From a virus (lineage: Duplodnaviria; Caudoviricetes): a DNA stretch of 62,444 bases. The notes under the pieces are model-generated. The model searched no databases and was not told the origin of the DNA. It saw only the letters and a program-made list of their open reading frames with translations. Below, piece by piece: positions 15,620 through 25,907 of the stretch. Position 1 is the first letter of the stretch. Each line of letters starts with the position of its first letter. A program made the position numbers and the translations under genes. The stretch covers positions 1-62,444 of the IMG/VR virus record IMGVR_UViG_3300042503_001282; one strand, given 5' to 3'.

Positions 15620-16249
15620 ATGGGCTGCGACATTCACGCTCACCTTGAGTACTACGAGACTCAAGTTGCGAGCGACACCATTCACACTTCATGTCACGCA
15701 TCTGACATCAGCATGGGTCGAAACTATGCGATGTTCAATCTTCTTGCTGGTGTTCGTGGTGTGAATGGTCCGGTGTTTACGCTTCGTGGTGTGCCAACTA
15801 AACCGACTATGAGCTACCAAGTATACGACAAGTACTACTTAAAGGTTCTCGACATGTACAATCCGTCTATGTCATATCCATCAACACGGTACATTTCTTC
15901 AACAGAAGCAGAAAATCTCGTTGCGTCAGGATTGACCAAGTATAATGAGAATAAGCAGTACGTTGTGAATCCGAATTGGCACACACCAGGTTTCTTATAC
16001 AAAAAAGAATTGATAGAAATTCGTCGAAAGTATCTGATCAACATGATCGAGTATGAAGCGTCTGAGTACCGTGGTCTCAAGCGACAAGAAGCTCTCGACA
16101 CCTTAGAAAATTCAAGTGAAGTAGAACTCATGCAGAGTGTTTTTCCTTCTATTGAATGTGTGCAATTAAATGCAGTCATCGCTTCGATGATTGCTATTGA
16201 GAACAGTGGAAACTACCAATCTCGTTTTGTATTTTGGTTTGATTCGTAA
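15620..16249 (+). CDS. MGCDIH-type phage hypothetical protein
   Basis: MGCDIH...RNYAMFNLLAGVRG...RFVFWFDS. Confidence 0.8.
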   Translation: MGCDIHAHLEYYETQVASDTIHTSCHASDISMGRNYAMFNLLAGVRGVNGPVFTLRGVPTKPTMSYQVYDKYYLKVLDMYNPSMSYPSTRYISSTEAENLVASGLTKYNENKQYVVNPNWHTPGFLYKKELIEIRRKYLINMIEYEASEYRGLKRQEALDTLENSSEVELMQSVFPSIECVQLNAVIASMIAIENSGNYQSRFVFWFDS

Positions 16250-16251
16250 TA

Positions 16252-16566
16252 ATGGAGAATAATATGGTTAAGTTTACCGATGAGATGATCAAGAAAGCAA
16301 AGACGTTGTTTCCAGATAACGTGGTGCTGCTCGATATGATGCGAAAGGGTGATGTGAAGATAGTTGATGTTCTCTATGGCAAGCTTGGCTTTCACCTCGA
16401 TGAAGACGACATCATCAAAGCTTTCAGAAACAAGAAAGAGTATCGTGTGCTCGATATGGCTAAACGAGCAAAAGCAATTCGTGATCTATACCAACAGGTA
16501 ATCGCTCACGTTGACGCAACAGAAACAAAAATCGCAGAGAGAAACGGTTACGCAGACTGCATGTAA
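16252..16566 (+). CDS. hypothetical protein
   Basis: 104-aa ORF. Confidence 0.7.
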   Translation: MENNMVKFTDEMIKKAKTLFPDNVVLLDMMRKGDVKIVDVLYGKLGFHLDEDDIIKAFRNKKEYRVLDMAKRAKAIRDLYQQVIAHVDATETKIAERNGYADCM

Positions 16567-16569
16567 TAT

Positions 16570-16965
16570 ATGAATATTGAGAATGTTAAGAAGCTGCTTG
16601 AAGCGGCACCATCTTTGTATGGAGATTCGTTCTGGTTTGAGTGTGGTGATGGGTGGTTCGATATTTTGTTACGAGCATCAATCGAGCTTGAGAGTCAAAT
16701 TCGCACATATCCAAAAGAAGTGCGAGATGATATTGTTGCACTACAGGTGAAAGAGAAGTATGGATCACTTCGCTTCTACCTCTCATACTATTCAGAAGAA
16801 CTAGACGAAATCGTTCAACGAGTCGAATCGCAATCTGCATGTACGTGCGAAACTTGCGGCAAACCAGGAAAGGTTCGTGGCTCCATCTGGCTCTACACAG
16901 CATGTGAAGAACACGTTCGTGAACAAGACCGACTACAAGAGGACAAATCATCCGGTGCTCGATAA
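16570..16965 (+). CDS. conserved-type phage protein with Zn finger
   Basis: FECGDGW...QVKEKYGSLRFY...CETCGKPG...CEEH. Confidence 0.8.
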   Translation: MNIENVKKLLEAAPSLYGDSFWFECGDGWFDILLRASIELESQIRTYPKEVRDDIVALQVKEKYGSLRFYLSYYSEELDEIVQRVESQSACTCETCGKPGKVRGSIWLYTACEEHVREQDRLQEDKSSGAR

Positions 16966-16990
16966 ATACACCTAGAGATGATTTGACACT

Positions 16991-19000
16991 ATGGAAAGTA
17001 AATTCTTTGGCAAAGATGGACTCATCTGGTGGAAGGGTGTAGTCGAAGACCGTAAAGATCCGATTATGTTGGGTCGAGTGCGTGTTCGCATCTTTGGTTG
17101 GCACACTGACGACAAAGCTCAAATGCCAACTGAAAAATTGCCGTGGGCAATACCAAGTCTTCCTGGTGACAACGGCAGAAACGTAGTCGGCTACAAAGAG
17201 GGTGATTGGTGTTGGGGTTTCTTTCTCGACGGTAATGATGCACAGAAGCCGATTGTGGTTGGGTTCATTCCTGGTATTGACACAAATCCAGCAGACCCAC
17301 AAAAAGGGTTCAATGACCCAACACCAGACGATCAATTAACTCCAGGTGCAATACCTCGTCCACCAGAAATGTCACCACCAGTTATGGACGACCCTGCTGA
17401 TGCTGTAGCAGATTTGCCAGGCGGCGGTGGGAGATTCAAGAACGACTCAGTACCAGGATCTAACCTAGCATTCGGTGAGAAGTTGTCAGAGTTCGACATC
17501 ACAAAGAGTAAGTTCGATGTGAACAAAGACGGCACATACGACGAGCAAGATGCACAAACACTCATCGATCTGAACAAGCAACAGAATGACTTTTTCTCTG
17601 GATACCCATCTGTAGCAGCATCGTTTCCTATATCTCGATACCCACTAGAGAATCGTCTCAAAGAGCCGATGACTTCTCGACTTGCAAGAAATGAGAAGAT
17701 CGAAGAAACAATCGTAGCTGCAAAAAATGGCTCTCTCGGTACAGGTGAAGGCGCTGGTTATGCAGCACAAGATTCAGGTGCAGAATCGCCTGGGTTGCCA
17801 TTCATGGAACCACCATCACCATACGCTGCGGTGTATCCATACAACCATGTATATGAGAGTGAATCTGGACATGTTGTAGAAGTTGACGACACACCAGGTG
17901 CAGAACGTATGCACTGGTATCATCGAACTGGTACCTTCACAGAAATTCACCCAACCGGCACTGAAGTAAACCGTGTCGTTAAGAAGCAGTACAATTTCAT
18001 TTACGAAGACTTCTTCTTAGCATCTGGCGTCAGCATCAACATGGACGCTAAAGATGCATTCAGAATGAAATCAGGCACCGACATGAATCGAATTGTTGGT
18101 GGTAACTTAAATGCTGAAGTCTCTAATAACTATCACCTCACTATCGGTGGTGACGGCTACGTATATGCAAAGGGTGGCGTTCTCTACCTGAAAGCTGTTG
18201 GTGACATCTCAATCGAATCAGCAGACGGCGCAGTAGAAATCAAATCACCAAAAGCAGTTTCTCTCTCAGCACCAGATATTCACTTGCAGGGTCCAGATGG
18301 TGGCGGTGCTACTATTCACTTGGTATCATCTGACATTAGAGCAGAGAAACTTCTCGCACACGAAGCACGGTCTCTCGGTAGAAAGCCAGATTCTCCAGAC
18401 GTGTTCGAGGGTGTTGAGAATGATGCAGATAAGAAAGCTGATGCATCAATGTCATCAAAAGAAGGCTTCATGTTACCTACAGGTCAGTTCGAAGACTTGT
18501 GGAAACCAATATCTGACAGCAACGGCAATCTTGTAACACTGAGCATCGATCCTAGTCCACATCAAGTGTACGAAGCACTACCAACCGGACAGCTCGAAGC
18601 AGTCATAATCAAGTACAAGCACCCAGACATGACAGAAACTCAGTGGGAGGTTGTACGACCTGTTCACGTTCGAGGTGAATTCATCGCTTCACCAAAGAGT
18701 GGACCAGTTCAGTTCGAAGAAAGCCCACGATTCTTACAACGATGGGACAGACCAGGTGGACAATTTCCACAGCAAGTGTTTTGGGTTACGGGATCAGCAG
18801 AACATCTCATTCTCGACAGTTCAGTTCGACACATGACTTGGGCACCGTACAACAACCAGCTTCCGCTTCCACCAATGGTACCTGCAACACCGCCTGCTGA
18901 GAATATTGAACCTCAGTTACCAGAACAGCCGACTTTACCGGATGTTCCTGATGTTGGTGACTTATTACCTGATGATGGAACCGATGATGGTGGATTGTAG
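16991..19000 (+). CDS. gp5: baseplate hub/central spike (gp5-like, no lysozyme domain)
   Basis: OB-fold WWKGVVEDRKDPIMLGRVRVRIFGWHT; YPYNHVYESESGHVVEVDDTPGAER; beta-helix repeats; GATAAATA at 16961. Confidence 0.92.
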   Translation: MESKFFGKDGLIWWKGVVEDRKDPIMLGRVRVRIFGWHTDDKAQMPTEKLPWAIPSLPGDNGRNVVGYKEGDWCWGFFLDGNDAQKPIVVGFIPGIDTNPADPQKGFNDPTPDDQLTPGAIPRPPEMSPPVMDDPADAVADLPGGGGRFKNDSVPGSNLAFGEKLSEFDITKSKFDVNKDGTYDEQDAQTLIDLNKQQNDFFSGYPSVAASFPISRYPLENRLKEPMTSRLARNEKIEETIVAAKNGSLGTGEGAGYAAQDSGAESPGLPFMEPPSPYAAVYPYNHVYESESGHVVEVDDTPGAERMHWYHRTGTFTEIHPTGTEVNRVVKKQYNFIYEDFFLASGVSINMDAKDAFRMKSGTDMNRIVGGNLNAEVSNNYHLTIGGDGYVYAKGGVLYLKAVGDISIESADGAVEIKSPKAVSLSAPDIHLQGPDGGGATIHLVSSDIRAEKLLAHEARSLGRKPDSPDVFEGVENDADKKADASMSSKEGFMLPTGQFEDLWKPISDSNGNLVTLSIDPSPHQVYEALPTGQLEAVIIKYKHPDMTETQWEVVRPVHVRGEFIASPKSGPVQFEESPRFLQRWDRPGGQFPQQVFWVTGSAEHLILDSSVRHMTWAPYNNQLPLPPMVPATPPAENIEPQLPEQPTLPDVPDVGDLLPDDGTDDGGL

Positions 19001-19301
19001 AACACTTCTTGTACTCGCTTGTATCATATTACAAATATTAGATGGATTGTTCACCGCACATGGGGTGATGTATTCTTCTCTAGGGTTGAATGTAGAAGCA
19101 AACCCATTCGTTAAGACCATGATGAGTGTTTTTGGAATCATACCAGGAATATTCTTGGTTAAGACATCGGGTATAGCAATACTTCGATTCATGCAAAAGC
19201 TTCAAACCCCCACATACTTCTTTGCCATCATTTGTGGAATTTACTCATGGGTTGTCTACCTTTGGGTCAAGGTAACATTTGTGGATAATTTGATTCGGTA
19301 G
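18984..19301 (+). CDS. membrane protein (DUF5658-like)
   Basis: three hydrophobic segments; LDGLFT...EANP motif. Confidence 0.65.
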   Translation: MMVDCRTLLVLACIILQILDGLFTAHGVMYSSLGLNVEANPFVKTMMSVFGIIPGIFLVKTSGIAILRFMQKLQTPTYFFAIICGIYSWVVYLWVKVTFVDNLIR

Positions 19302-19360
19302 TCCACACACCATCCAATAGTCGCATAAATAACTTGGCATATATTTGTGCGGCGTATCTC

Positions 19361-19855
19361 ATGGCAGACAACTACCGAAAATTGGAAATTGATGCATACG
19401 GACGTGTTCTGATCAACGGCAGTGTCGTACCAGAGGCAGCAGCATCTACAGGCAGAAACGAGTCAGACAAAATCACGAAGAAATTTTCTGACCTCAACCT
19501 CGACTTGATTCCACATCCTGTGTCGGGTGACATCATACCACTCACTGATGCAGAAGCAGTGAAGCGTTCGATTCGAAACATTCTTCTCACAGGTCTGAAC
19601 GAAAGACTTTTCAATCCAGAGTTTGGCGCGAACCTCAGACAACTTCTATTCGAACCTATAAATCCAGGTACGAAGCAAACACTCATCTTAGCTATCACAA
19701 ACAGCATCAAGGTGTTTGAGCCGAGAGCTTCGCTTATTGATTTGAAAGTGAAAGTGTCGCCAGATGAAAATGCATACGAAGTGACACTTATTGTGTCGAT
19801 AGACAACATTTCAGAAGTGGTCACATACGACCTATTTTTAGAGAGACTACGCTAG
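19361..19855 (+). CDS. gp25: baseplate wedge/sheath initiator
   Basis: AVKRSIRNILLTGLNERLFNPEFGANL...FEPR; CATAAATA at 19324. Confidence 0.92.
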   Translation: MADNYRKLEIDAYGRVLINGSVVPEAAASTGRNESDKITKKFSDLNLDLIPHPVSGDIIPLTDAEAVKRSIRNILLTGLNERLFNPEFGANLRQLLFEPINPGTKQTLILAITNSIKVFEPRASLIDLKVKVSPDENAYEVTLIVSIDNISEVVTYDLFLERLR

Positions 19856-19856
19856 T

Positions 19857-21689
19857 ATGGCAGAGATGAAGTATTCTGATCTTGATTTTGCACAGATCAA
19901 AGAGAACTTAAAGAATTTCTTAAAGTCACAGAGCAAGTTCAAAGACTATGATTTTGACGGCTCTGGTATGTCAGTGTTGCTCGATCTGCTTGCATACAAC
20001 ACTGCATATAACGGCTTCTACCTTAACATGGTAGCGAGTGAGATGTTTCTTGATAGTGCAGCTTTGCGTGAGAGTGTCATCTCACGTTCAAAACATCTTG
20101 GGTATGTGCCATCGTCACGTCGAGCACTCTCGGCTACAGTAGACATTGAATTTGATTTCTCACGACCTGGTATCAAAACACCAGAACCAAAAGCAGGATT
20201 CTTGATTGAAAAAACAAACGCTCTCTATACAGTGATTGATACAGTTCGATATATTTTTACGCCAAAGACCGAAGTGTATGCTCAGCCAATAGGTAACAGA
20301 AAGTATTTGGCAAAAGGCGTTCAACTCATCGAAGGAAAACGTCTTACCTACAAGTGGACGTATGATAGCTCACCTGGTAAAAATCAACGATTCATCATAC
20401 CAAACGAGAATGTTGATATTTCTACATTATCTGTGATTGTTCGTGACTCTGCAACATCAACAACAAAAATGCCATACACCCAATTTCAAGACTTGAATGA
20501 GCTTACGGGCGAAGATGCAATATACTTTTTAGAAGAAGTCCCTGGTGAGAAGTATGAGTTGATATTTGGAGATGGTATCTTAGGTAAAAAGCTTCAAGAT
20601 GGAAACGTGATTGAAATTGAATATGTTGTGCCAACAAACAGTGTTGCTGGTGGCGCTTCAACATTCTACCCAGTTGTCGGGTGGTCGGTAGACATTGTTG
20701 CAATCTCAAAAATAACTTGCACCATTCCCGCAAAAGACTATGCAGAGAAAGAGTCGATTGAGTCGATCAAGTTCAGTGCACCAAAGATGTATGATGCTCA
20801 AAGTCGTGCGGTAACTAAGAGTGATTATGAGACTCTGTTAAAGAAAGATATGTCGGTGATAGATCCGAAGATTCAGTACCTTCGTGTATGGGGTGGTGAA
20901 GAGGAAGATCCACCTCAGTACGGAAAAGTATTCTGTGCTGTGAAGCCATATGCAGCTATGGCACTCAATACCATAGAGAAGCAAAAGATCATCGAAAACT
21001 TCATACGACCAAAAAATATAATCTCGGTTCAAGTTGAGATTGTTGAGCCTGACTATGTTGGGTTGGTTGTGACATCAACCGTGAACTACTTTGCGAACAA
21101 GACAACAAACACCAAAGACACAATCAAAAATTTGGTAGTCAATAAGATCAAACAATTCAGAAGCGCAAACATCATAGGGTTCGATTCTGATTTTCGTCAT
21201 TCAAAGTTTGTGAGTGATATTGACTCTGCTGATCCATCGATTGAAAGCAACATCACCACAATCACAATGAAGTATCAAATCACACCACCACCATCAACCA
21301 TCTTCTCACAAGAGATCACTCTCAACAATGAGATTGCGAAAGGTGACAAAGCAAATGGTGTGAAAGCTGTTCTCAGTTCTCCATTTTACTATGTTGGTAA
21401 ATTGGTGGTGGTCGCCGACAATGGTTCTGGAGAGCTTGGTGTATATCCAGCAGGTAATGTTAAGAACGGCGCACCACTGAAGACTGTGGGTCGAGTTGAT
21501 TACCTGAAAGGAAAAATATACATCGAGAAGTTGATTGTAGACAGCATACCAAACAGCAGAAGCTACATCGATATTCATATTCTGCCGAAGTATAACGACA
21601 TTATCGCATACAAGAATCAGATTTTGCTACTTGATGATGCTGATATAAATGTGAATGTTATTGACCTCAACTCAATACGTTTGTCGTAA
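19857..21689 (+). CDS. gp6: baseplate wedge subunit
   Basis: LDFAQIKENLKNFL...DYDFDGSGMSVLLDLLAYNT; RAVTKSDY; synteny. Confidence 0.95.
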   Translation: MAEMKYSDLDFAQIKENLKNFLKSQSKFKDYDFDGSGMSVLLDLLAYNTAYNGFYLNMVASEMFLDSAALRESVISRSKHLGYVPSSRRALSATVDIEFDFSRPGIKTPEPKAGFLIEKTNALYTVIDTVRYIFTPKTEVYAQPIGNRKYLAKGVQLIEGKRLTYKWTYDSSPGKNQRFIIPNENVDISTLSVIVRDSATSTTKMPYTQFQDLNELTGEDAIYFLEEVPGEKYELIFGDGILGKKLQDGNVIEIEYVVPTNSVAGGASTFYPVVGWSVDIVAISKITCTIPAKDYAEKESIESIKFSAPKMYDAQSRAVTKSDYETLLKKDMSVIDPKIQYLRVWGGEEEDPPQYGKVFCAVKPYAAMALNTIEKQKIIENFIRPKNIISVQVEIVEPDYVGLVVTSTVNYFANKTTNTKDTIKNLVVNKIKQFRSANIIGFDSDFRHSKFVSDIDSADPSIESNITTITMKYQITPPPSTIFSQEITLNNEIAKGDKANGVKAVLSSPFYYVGKLVVVADNGSGELGVYPAGNVKNGAPLKTVGRVDYLKGKIYIEKLIVDSIPNSRSYIDIHILPKYNDIIAYKNQILLLDDADINVNVIDLNSIRLS

Positions 21690-21701
21690 TAGAAGATCAC
21701 A

Positions 21702-23945
21702 ATGACAGCTCTCTACGTAGAAGGAATCACATCACTGAATGAACTAGGTAGCGAAACCTACGTGAATGTGTATCCTAATACGATTTCTATTCAGACAGAA
21801 GAGAGATTTGGCAGAGCACTGATTTCAGAAACAGTTGATCAACCAGGCACAAACATATTCGTAGCATCTCAAGTGCCACAGTTTGTTCGTGAAGATCATC
21901 CTCGATTTGTAGCATTTCTTGAGTCATACTATCGCTGGTTAGACACCGACAACAACATCGGCGAAAAAGTTCGAAAGATCAAAGAGCAGCAAGATATTGA
22001 CCTAGCAAAGCCAGAGTTTGCAGAGCAGTTCTACAAAGAGTTCTTGGTGAATATTCCCAGAACTGTGCTTACGAACAAGAAAGTTTTACTCAAGTACATT
22101 CGACAGTTCTATAGAGCAAAAGGTACAGAGAAGTCATATCGACTGTTCTTTAGAATGCTGTTCAATACGAGTGTAGACTTCTACTACCCATCGAAAGACA
22201 TTCTGAAAACATCTGATGGAAAGTGGGTGAAGCGTCAAGTGATGCGTGTGTTTCCTGTGACTGGTAATGTGTTCAATTTGAATGACGTGAAGATCATCGG
22301 CAAAGACAACGGCATCACCGCATTTGTCGATGAGGTCAGAAAGATTTACGTTGGTGGCTATAAAGCTTATGAGTTGGTACTGAACACATCGAGCATAAGT
22401 GGACGCTTCAGACCAAATGAGTTAATCTCGGCGGAAGATGGCTCCGTGATGGCTAGAATCAGTCCAATACCAACAACCTATCAGATTGCTCGTGATAGCA
22501 ACTTGGAGTTGAAGACTGGACTCGGATATAGAGTTGGCGACACGTTCGATATTTTGAACACCACAGGCCGAGGTGGTAGAATAAAAGTCACAGCAATCAA
22601 GCCAACAAGAAGAATTGAAACTGAAGTTGTAGTCACCGAAGCTGGCAATTCTGATGCAGTCAAAGTGATCAACTTGGGTAACGTAACCCTCAACTCTATC
22701 AAGAGTGTCATCTGTGCCGATGATGGTGGACTGTATCAAGCAGACCTTGACGATTTCACACAACAAGCATCAGACGACAACATTCAGTTCATCAATGTTG
22801 CGAACTATTACAACATAAGCGAAGACAGTTCTGGTAATGTTCTCTTGGTGTTCGATTTTTCATATCCACTTCCAAAGGGTAGGGTGAGGGTCGAGTTTGA
22901 GTATGTAATTCAAGATGAGACTGGAGAGATTGACAACTTAGAAATCATCAACTTTGGACTTCAGTACACAACGTACACCGATGCTTTAACACGAACCTTC
23001 AATCTTGAGCTAAACGAGCAGTCGTGTGTTACAAAAAATGGATTCACAGGCTCAGGTGCAGAGATTGTACTGACTTCAAATGCTGTAGGCTCATACCCAG
23101 GTTTCTACGCATCAGAAGATGGACACCTAAGCTCATCGAAGCGAATTCAAGATGGTGAGTACTACCAGCAGTACTCATATGTCGTTATAACGAACCACAC
23201 GCTCGGGGAATACGAAGACTCGATGAAGCGTATGGTTCACCCACTCGGCTTCAAATATTTTGGTCAATTCAGGCAACAGAACAGAATTGATGCCACATCC
23301 AAAAATGCCAGTGCATCTGGCCATACTCATGTGCGACGAGAGTTTAAGCAGTTTCCACACCCGACACAAAGTGGAAAAACCCCACCGCTACCTGCTACCA
23401 CAAAAGCTAAGACTGAGATTACGTTCATACATCAAACCAATAATGAGCGAAGTGCATATCCACTTGGTCCTGCAAATCGTTCTATCTTTAGAGAGCGATT
23501 CAACTACAAGCCAAATGAGAGGTACAATGCATCTCTTGAAGTCAACGGCGAAGGAAACTCGTTCTACTGGGGAGACAGAACAAACACTACGACACAATTC
23601 GCAAACACTCCCATCAGTAAGTTTATGCATATGATACCAATCACCATAGAAGGTATATCTCAAGAGGAAAAGAAGAATCTTCAATCAATTCAAGACAAAG
23701 ATAAGCCATACTACACACCACCGAGATGCACACTGATTCACAATTCCACATACAATATAGTGGAAATGTACGTGGGTGAAGGCAAATGGATAGAAATCAC
23801 TCCAAATAGACGAATAAATATGTTACCTGACTCTGTGGTGAGTACGACAGGGCTTGTTGTGTCGGAGAATGGAGATGTCACTGTGAAGTTGAACTCTCTT
23901 GGGTCTATTGAAACTTTTGGTAATCATAAAGTCTCTCAAGTGTAA
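21702..23945 (+). CDS. gp7: baseplate wedge protein (gp7-like)
   Basis: PQFVREDHPRFVAFLESYY; FYRAKGTEKSY; YYQQYSYV; HPLGFKYFG; lies between gp6 and gp8. Confidence 0.75.
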   Translation: MTALYVEGITSLNELGSETYVNVYPNTISIQTEERFGRALISETVDQPGTNIFVASQVPQFVREDHPRFVAFLESYYRWLDTDNNIGEKVRKIKEQQDIDLAKPEFAEQFYKEFLVNIPRTVLTNKKVLLKYIRQFYRAKGTEKSYRLFFRMLFNTSVDFYYPSKDILKTSDGKWVKRQVMRVFPVTGNVFNLNDVKIIGKDNGITAFVDEVRKIYVGGYKAYELVLNTSSISGRFRPNELISAEDGSVMARISPIPTTYQIARDSNLELKTGLGYRVGDTFDILNTTGRGGRIKVTAIKPTRRIETEVVVTEAGNSDAVKVINLGNVTLNSIKSVICADDGGLYQADLDDFTQQASDDNIQFINVANYYNISEDSSGNVLLVFDFSYPLPKGRVRVEFEYVIQDETGEIDNLEIINFGLQYTTYTDALTRTFNLELNEQSCVTKNGFTGSGAEIVLTSNAVGSYPGFYASEDGHLSSSKRIQDGEYYQQYSYVVITNHTLGEYEDSMKRMVHPLGFKYFGQFRQQNRIDATSKNASASGHTHVRREFKQFPHPTQSGKTPPLPATTKAKTEITFIHQTNNERSAYPLGPANRSIFRERFNYKPNERYNASLEVNGEGNSFYWGDRTNTTTQFANTPISKFMHMIPITIEGISQEEKKNLQSIQDKDKPYYTPPRCTLIHNSTYNIVEMYVGEGKWIEITPNRRINMLPDSVVSTTGLVVSENGDVTVKLNSLGSIETFGNHKVSQV

Positions 23946-23947
23946 GA

Positions 23948-23955
23948 TATAAATA
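23948..23955 (+). promoter_or_regulatory. T4-type late promoter
   Basis: TATAAATA. Confidence 0.8.
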
Positions 23956-23978
23956 ATTCTATAGGATAGAGTTTTGCC

Positions 23979-25889
23979 ATGACAGCGATCATCAAGAACA
24001 AATTCAGACTTAAAAACGCAAAGAGTTTCATAGAAAGCTTTGAGGTTCCTAAGAACTTCACAGACCTTAACGAAGTCTCAGCACTCACAAACAGCGCAGG
24101 TCAACAACTCATCAACTCAGTTATTGCTAGAGTTCCAAATAGAAACCACTACCTCTTTGTCGGTAAGCCTTTCGGGTGGGACACTACAGTGTATCCTACC
24201 AACACAAACGACACAACCGAATTAAATCCTCCAGTTCCAGTTGATACACAATCGGCAGATAAGGTTGCTTGGGATGAAATGTTGGGACTGAAGAAGATCA
24301 CTCGTGGTGATGTTTCGCTGGTCATACCAAGAAGCGATTGGCGATCAGGCACAATTTTTGCCACATTTGATGATGCTGATGCAGATTTGTATCGTCAGCC
24401 TACGATAGATCGCATCAATGCAATTCGACAAGATCCCACAGCGAGAGCTGGGAACTTCTATGCATTGAACAGTCTCATGGAGTTGTTCATCTGCGTCGAT
24501 AACAATAACAATTCCGCAAGCACAGTTGAGCCATTTCGGTCAGAAATAAATGGCGAAAACTCAGGCATCACCGGCCGCTTGGAGAGAAGCGACGGCTACG
24601 TATGGCAATACATCACCACTCTCAGTGCAAATGAAGCTGTAAAATTTTTGACCGATAGCTGGATACCAGTCAAGACTCTTCCTGAAGGGTCGAGCTTGGG
24701 TGTGCCACAAGAAGATGTTCAAGCTAATGCAATACCAGGTGAGCTTCTTCGTGTAGCAGTCACAGCAGCAGAACAAACCCCTGGCGTATTCACTCACACA
24801 TATGCAGGCAAAGTCAGACGTTCTGTACTTGATGCCGAAGGTAAGAAACTTGTAATACCAAACGGCGACGGAAACCCGACACCATCAACAGTAGTTGATG
24901 CATACAAGGGCTATGAGCTTCTTATCGTCGATAAGCAAAACAATGATGCAATCATTTCGCGCCATACAATCACTGGTTATGCAACAATTCCAGATCAAGA
25001 GTTGACACTCGCCACAGCAGCAAGTGAACTGGAACTCAACACATCATATGACTGTGAGATCATTCCATTGGTTGTGGTTCAGACAAATGGAGAAGCAGTA
25101 TCAGTTAAGCCAGTTCTTGATGCTGGTGGAAATATAACTGGTGTAGAAGTTCTCGAAGCTGGCCAGAACGCAACATCAATCACCATGAGTGTAAACCGAC
25201 CTGCTACATTCACAGGCAATTTACCAACTTTGAGACCAGTGTTGTCACCACGATTAGGATTAGGAAAAGATCCAGAATCCGATTTGGGTGCATTTTTTGT
25301 GATGGTAAGTACACAACTGAAATATGATGAAGGTGATGGTGATTTCCCAGTGGCGAACGATTATCGCCAGATCGGAATCATTCGAGATGTAATGAAGAAG
25401 ACTAAGAATGCAAACGATGAAGATGTCATAGAATTAGCAACTGATGAAACACTCAATGCTACTACTATCGTCAATGTTCGTTTTGAGACTGAATCTAAGC
25501 TTGGACCAAGTGGTCTCGGCTTTCAGCCAGATGACATTGTAGAGATACGGTCTACTAGCGATGTCACACAACTGATCGGCAAAGCAAAAGTTGTTCAGTT
25601 TACTAAGAATGAGACTATTGGTGATTTAATATCAGGTACGCTCTATCTGTTACAAACAGAACAAACGGGCTACTCTACAATCGAAGAAGGTCAGAGTTTT
25701 GTATACTCATCTGGCACAAATGAAGTGAAGGGTGATGCATTCTCCACTCCTTCCACTCCTTCTGTACCAGCAGTAACGAACGTAGAGCTACTGAAATTTC
25801 ATGGTGACATTCTCTATATTGAGAACAGACGACCTGTGTTGAGGTCTATCGATCAGATCGAAGACATCAAAACAATCATCGAATTTTAG
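23979..25889 (+). CDS. gp8: baseplate wedge subunit
   Basis: MTAIIKNKFR...YLFVGKP; DGYVWQY; NDYRQIGII; GDILYIENR...EDIKTIIEF. Confidence 0.88.
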   Translation: MTAIIKNKFRLKNAKSFIESFEVPKNFTDLNEVSALTNSAGQQLINSVIARVPNRNHYLFVGKPFGWDTTVYPTNTNDTTELNPPVPVDTQSADKVAWDEMLGLKKITRGDVSLVIPRSDWRSGTIFATFDDADADLYRQPTIDRINAIRQDPTARAGNFYALNSLMELFICVDNNNNSASTVEPFRSEINGENSGITGRLERSDGYVWQYITTLSANEAVKFLTDSWIPVKTLPEGSSLGVPQEDVQANAIPGELLRVAVTAAEQTPGVFTHTYAGKVRRSVLDAEGKKLVIPNGDGNPTPSTVVDAYKGYELLIVDKQNNDAIISRHTITGYATIPDQELTLATAASELELNTSYDCEIIPLVVVQTNGEAVSVKPVLDAGGNITGVEVLEAGQNATSITMSVNRPATFTGNLPTLRPVLSPRLGLGKDPESDLGAFFVMVSTQLKYDEGDGDFPVANDYRQIGIIRDVMKKTKNANDEDVIELATDETLNATTIVNVRFETESKLGPSGLGFQPDDIVEIRSTSDVTQLIGKAKVVQFTKNETIGDLISGTLYLLQTEQTGYSTIEEGQSFVYSSGTNEVKGDAFSTPSTPSVPAVTNVELLKFHGDILYIENRRPVLRSIDQIEDIKTIIEF

Positions 25890-25907
25890 CATAAATAGTA
25901 TTATACT

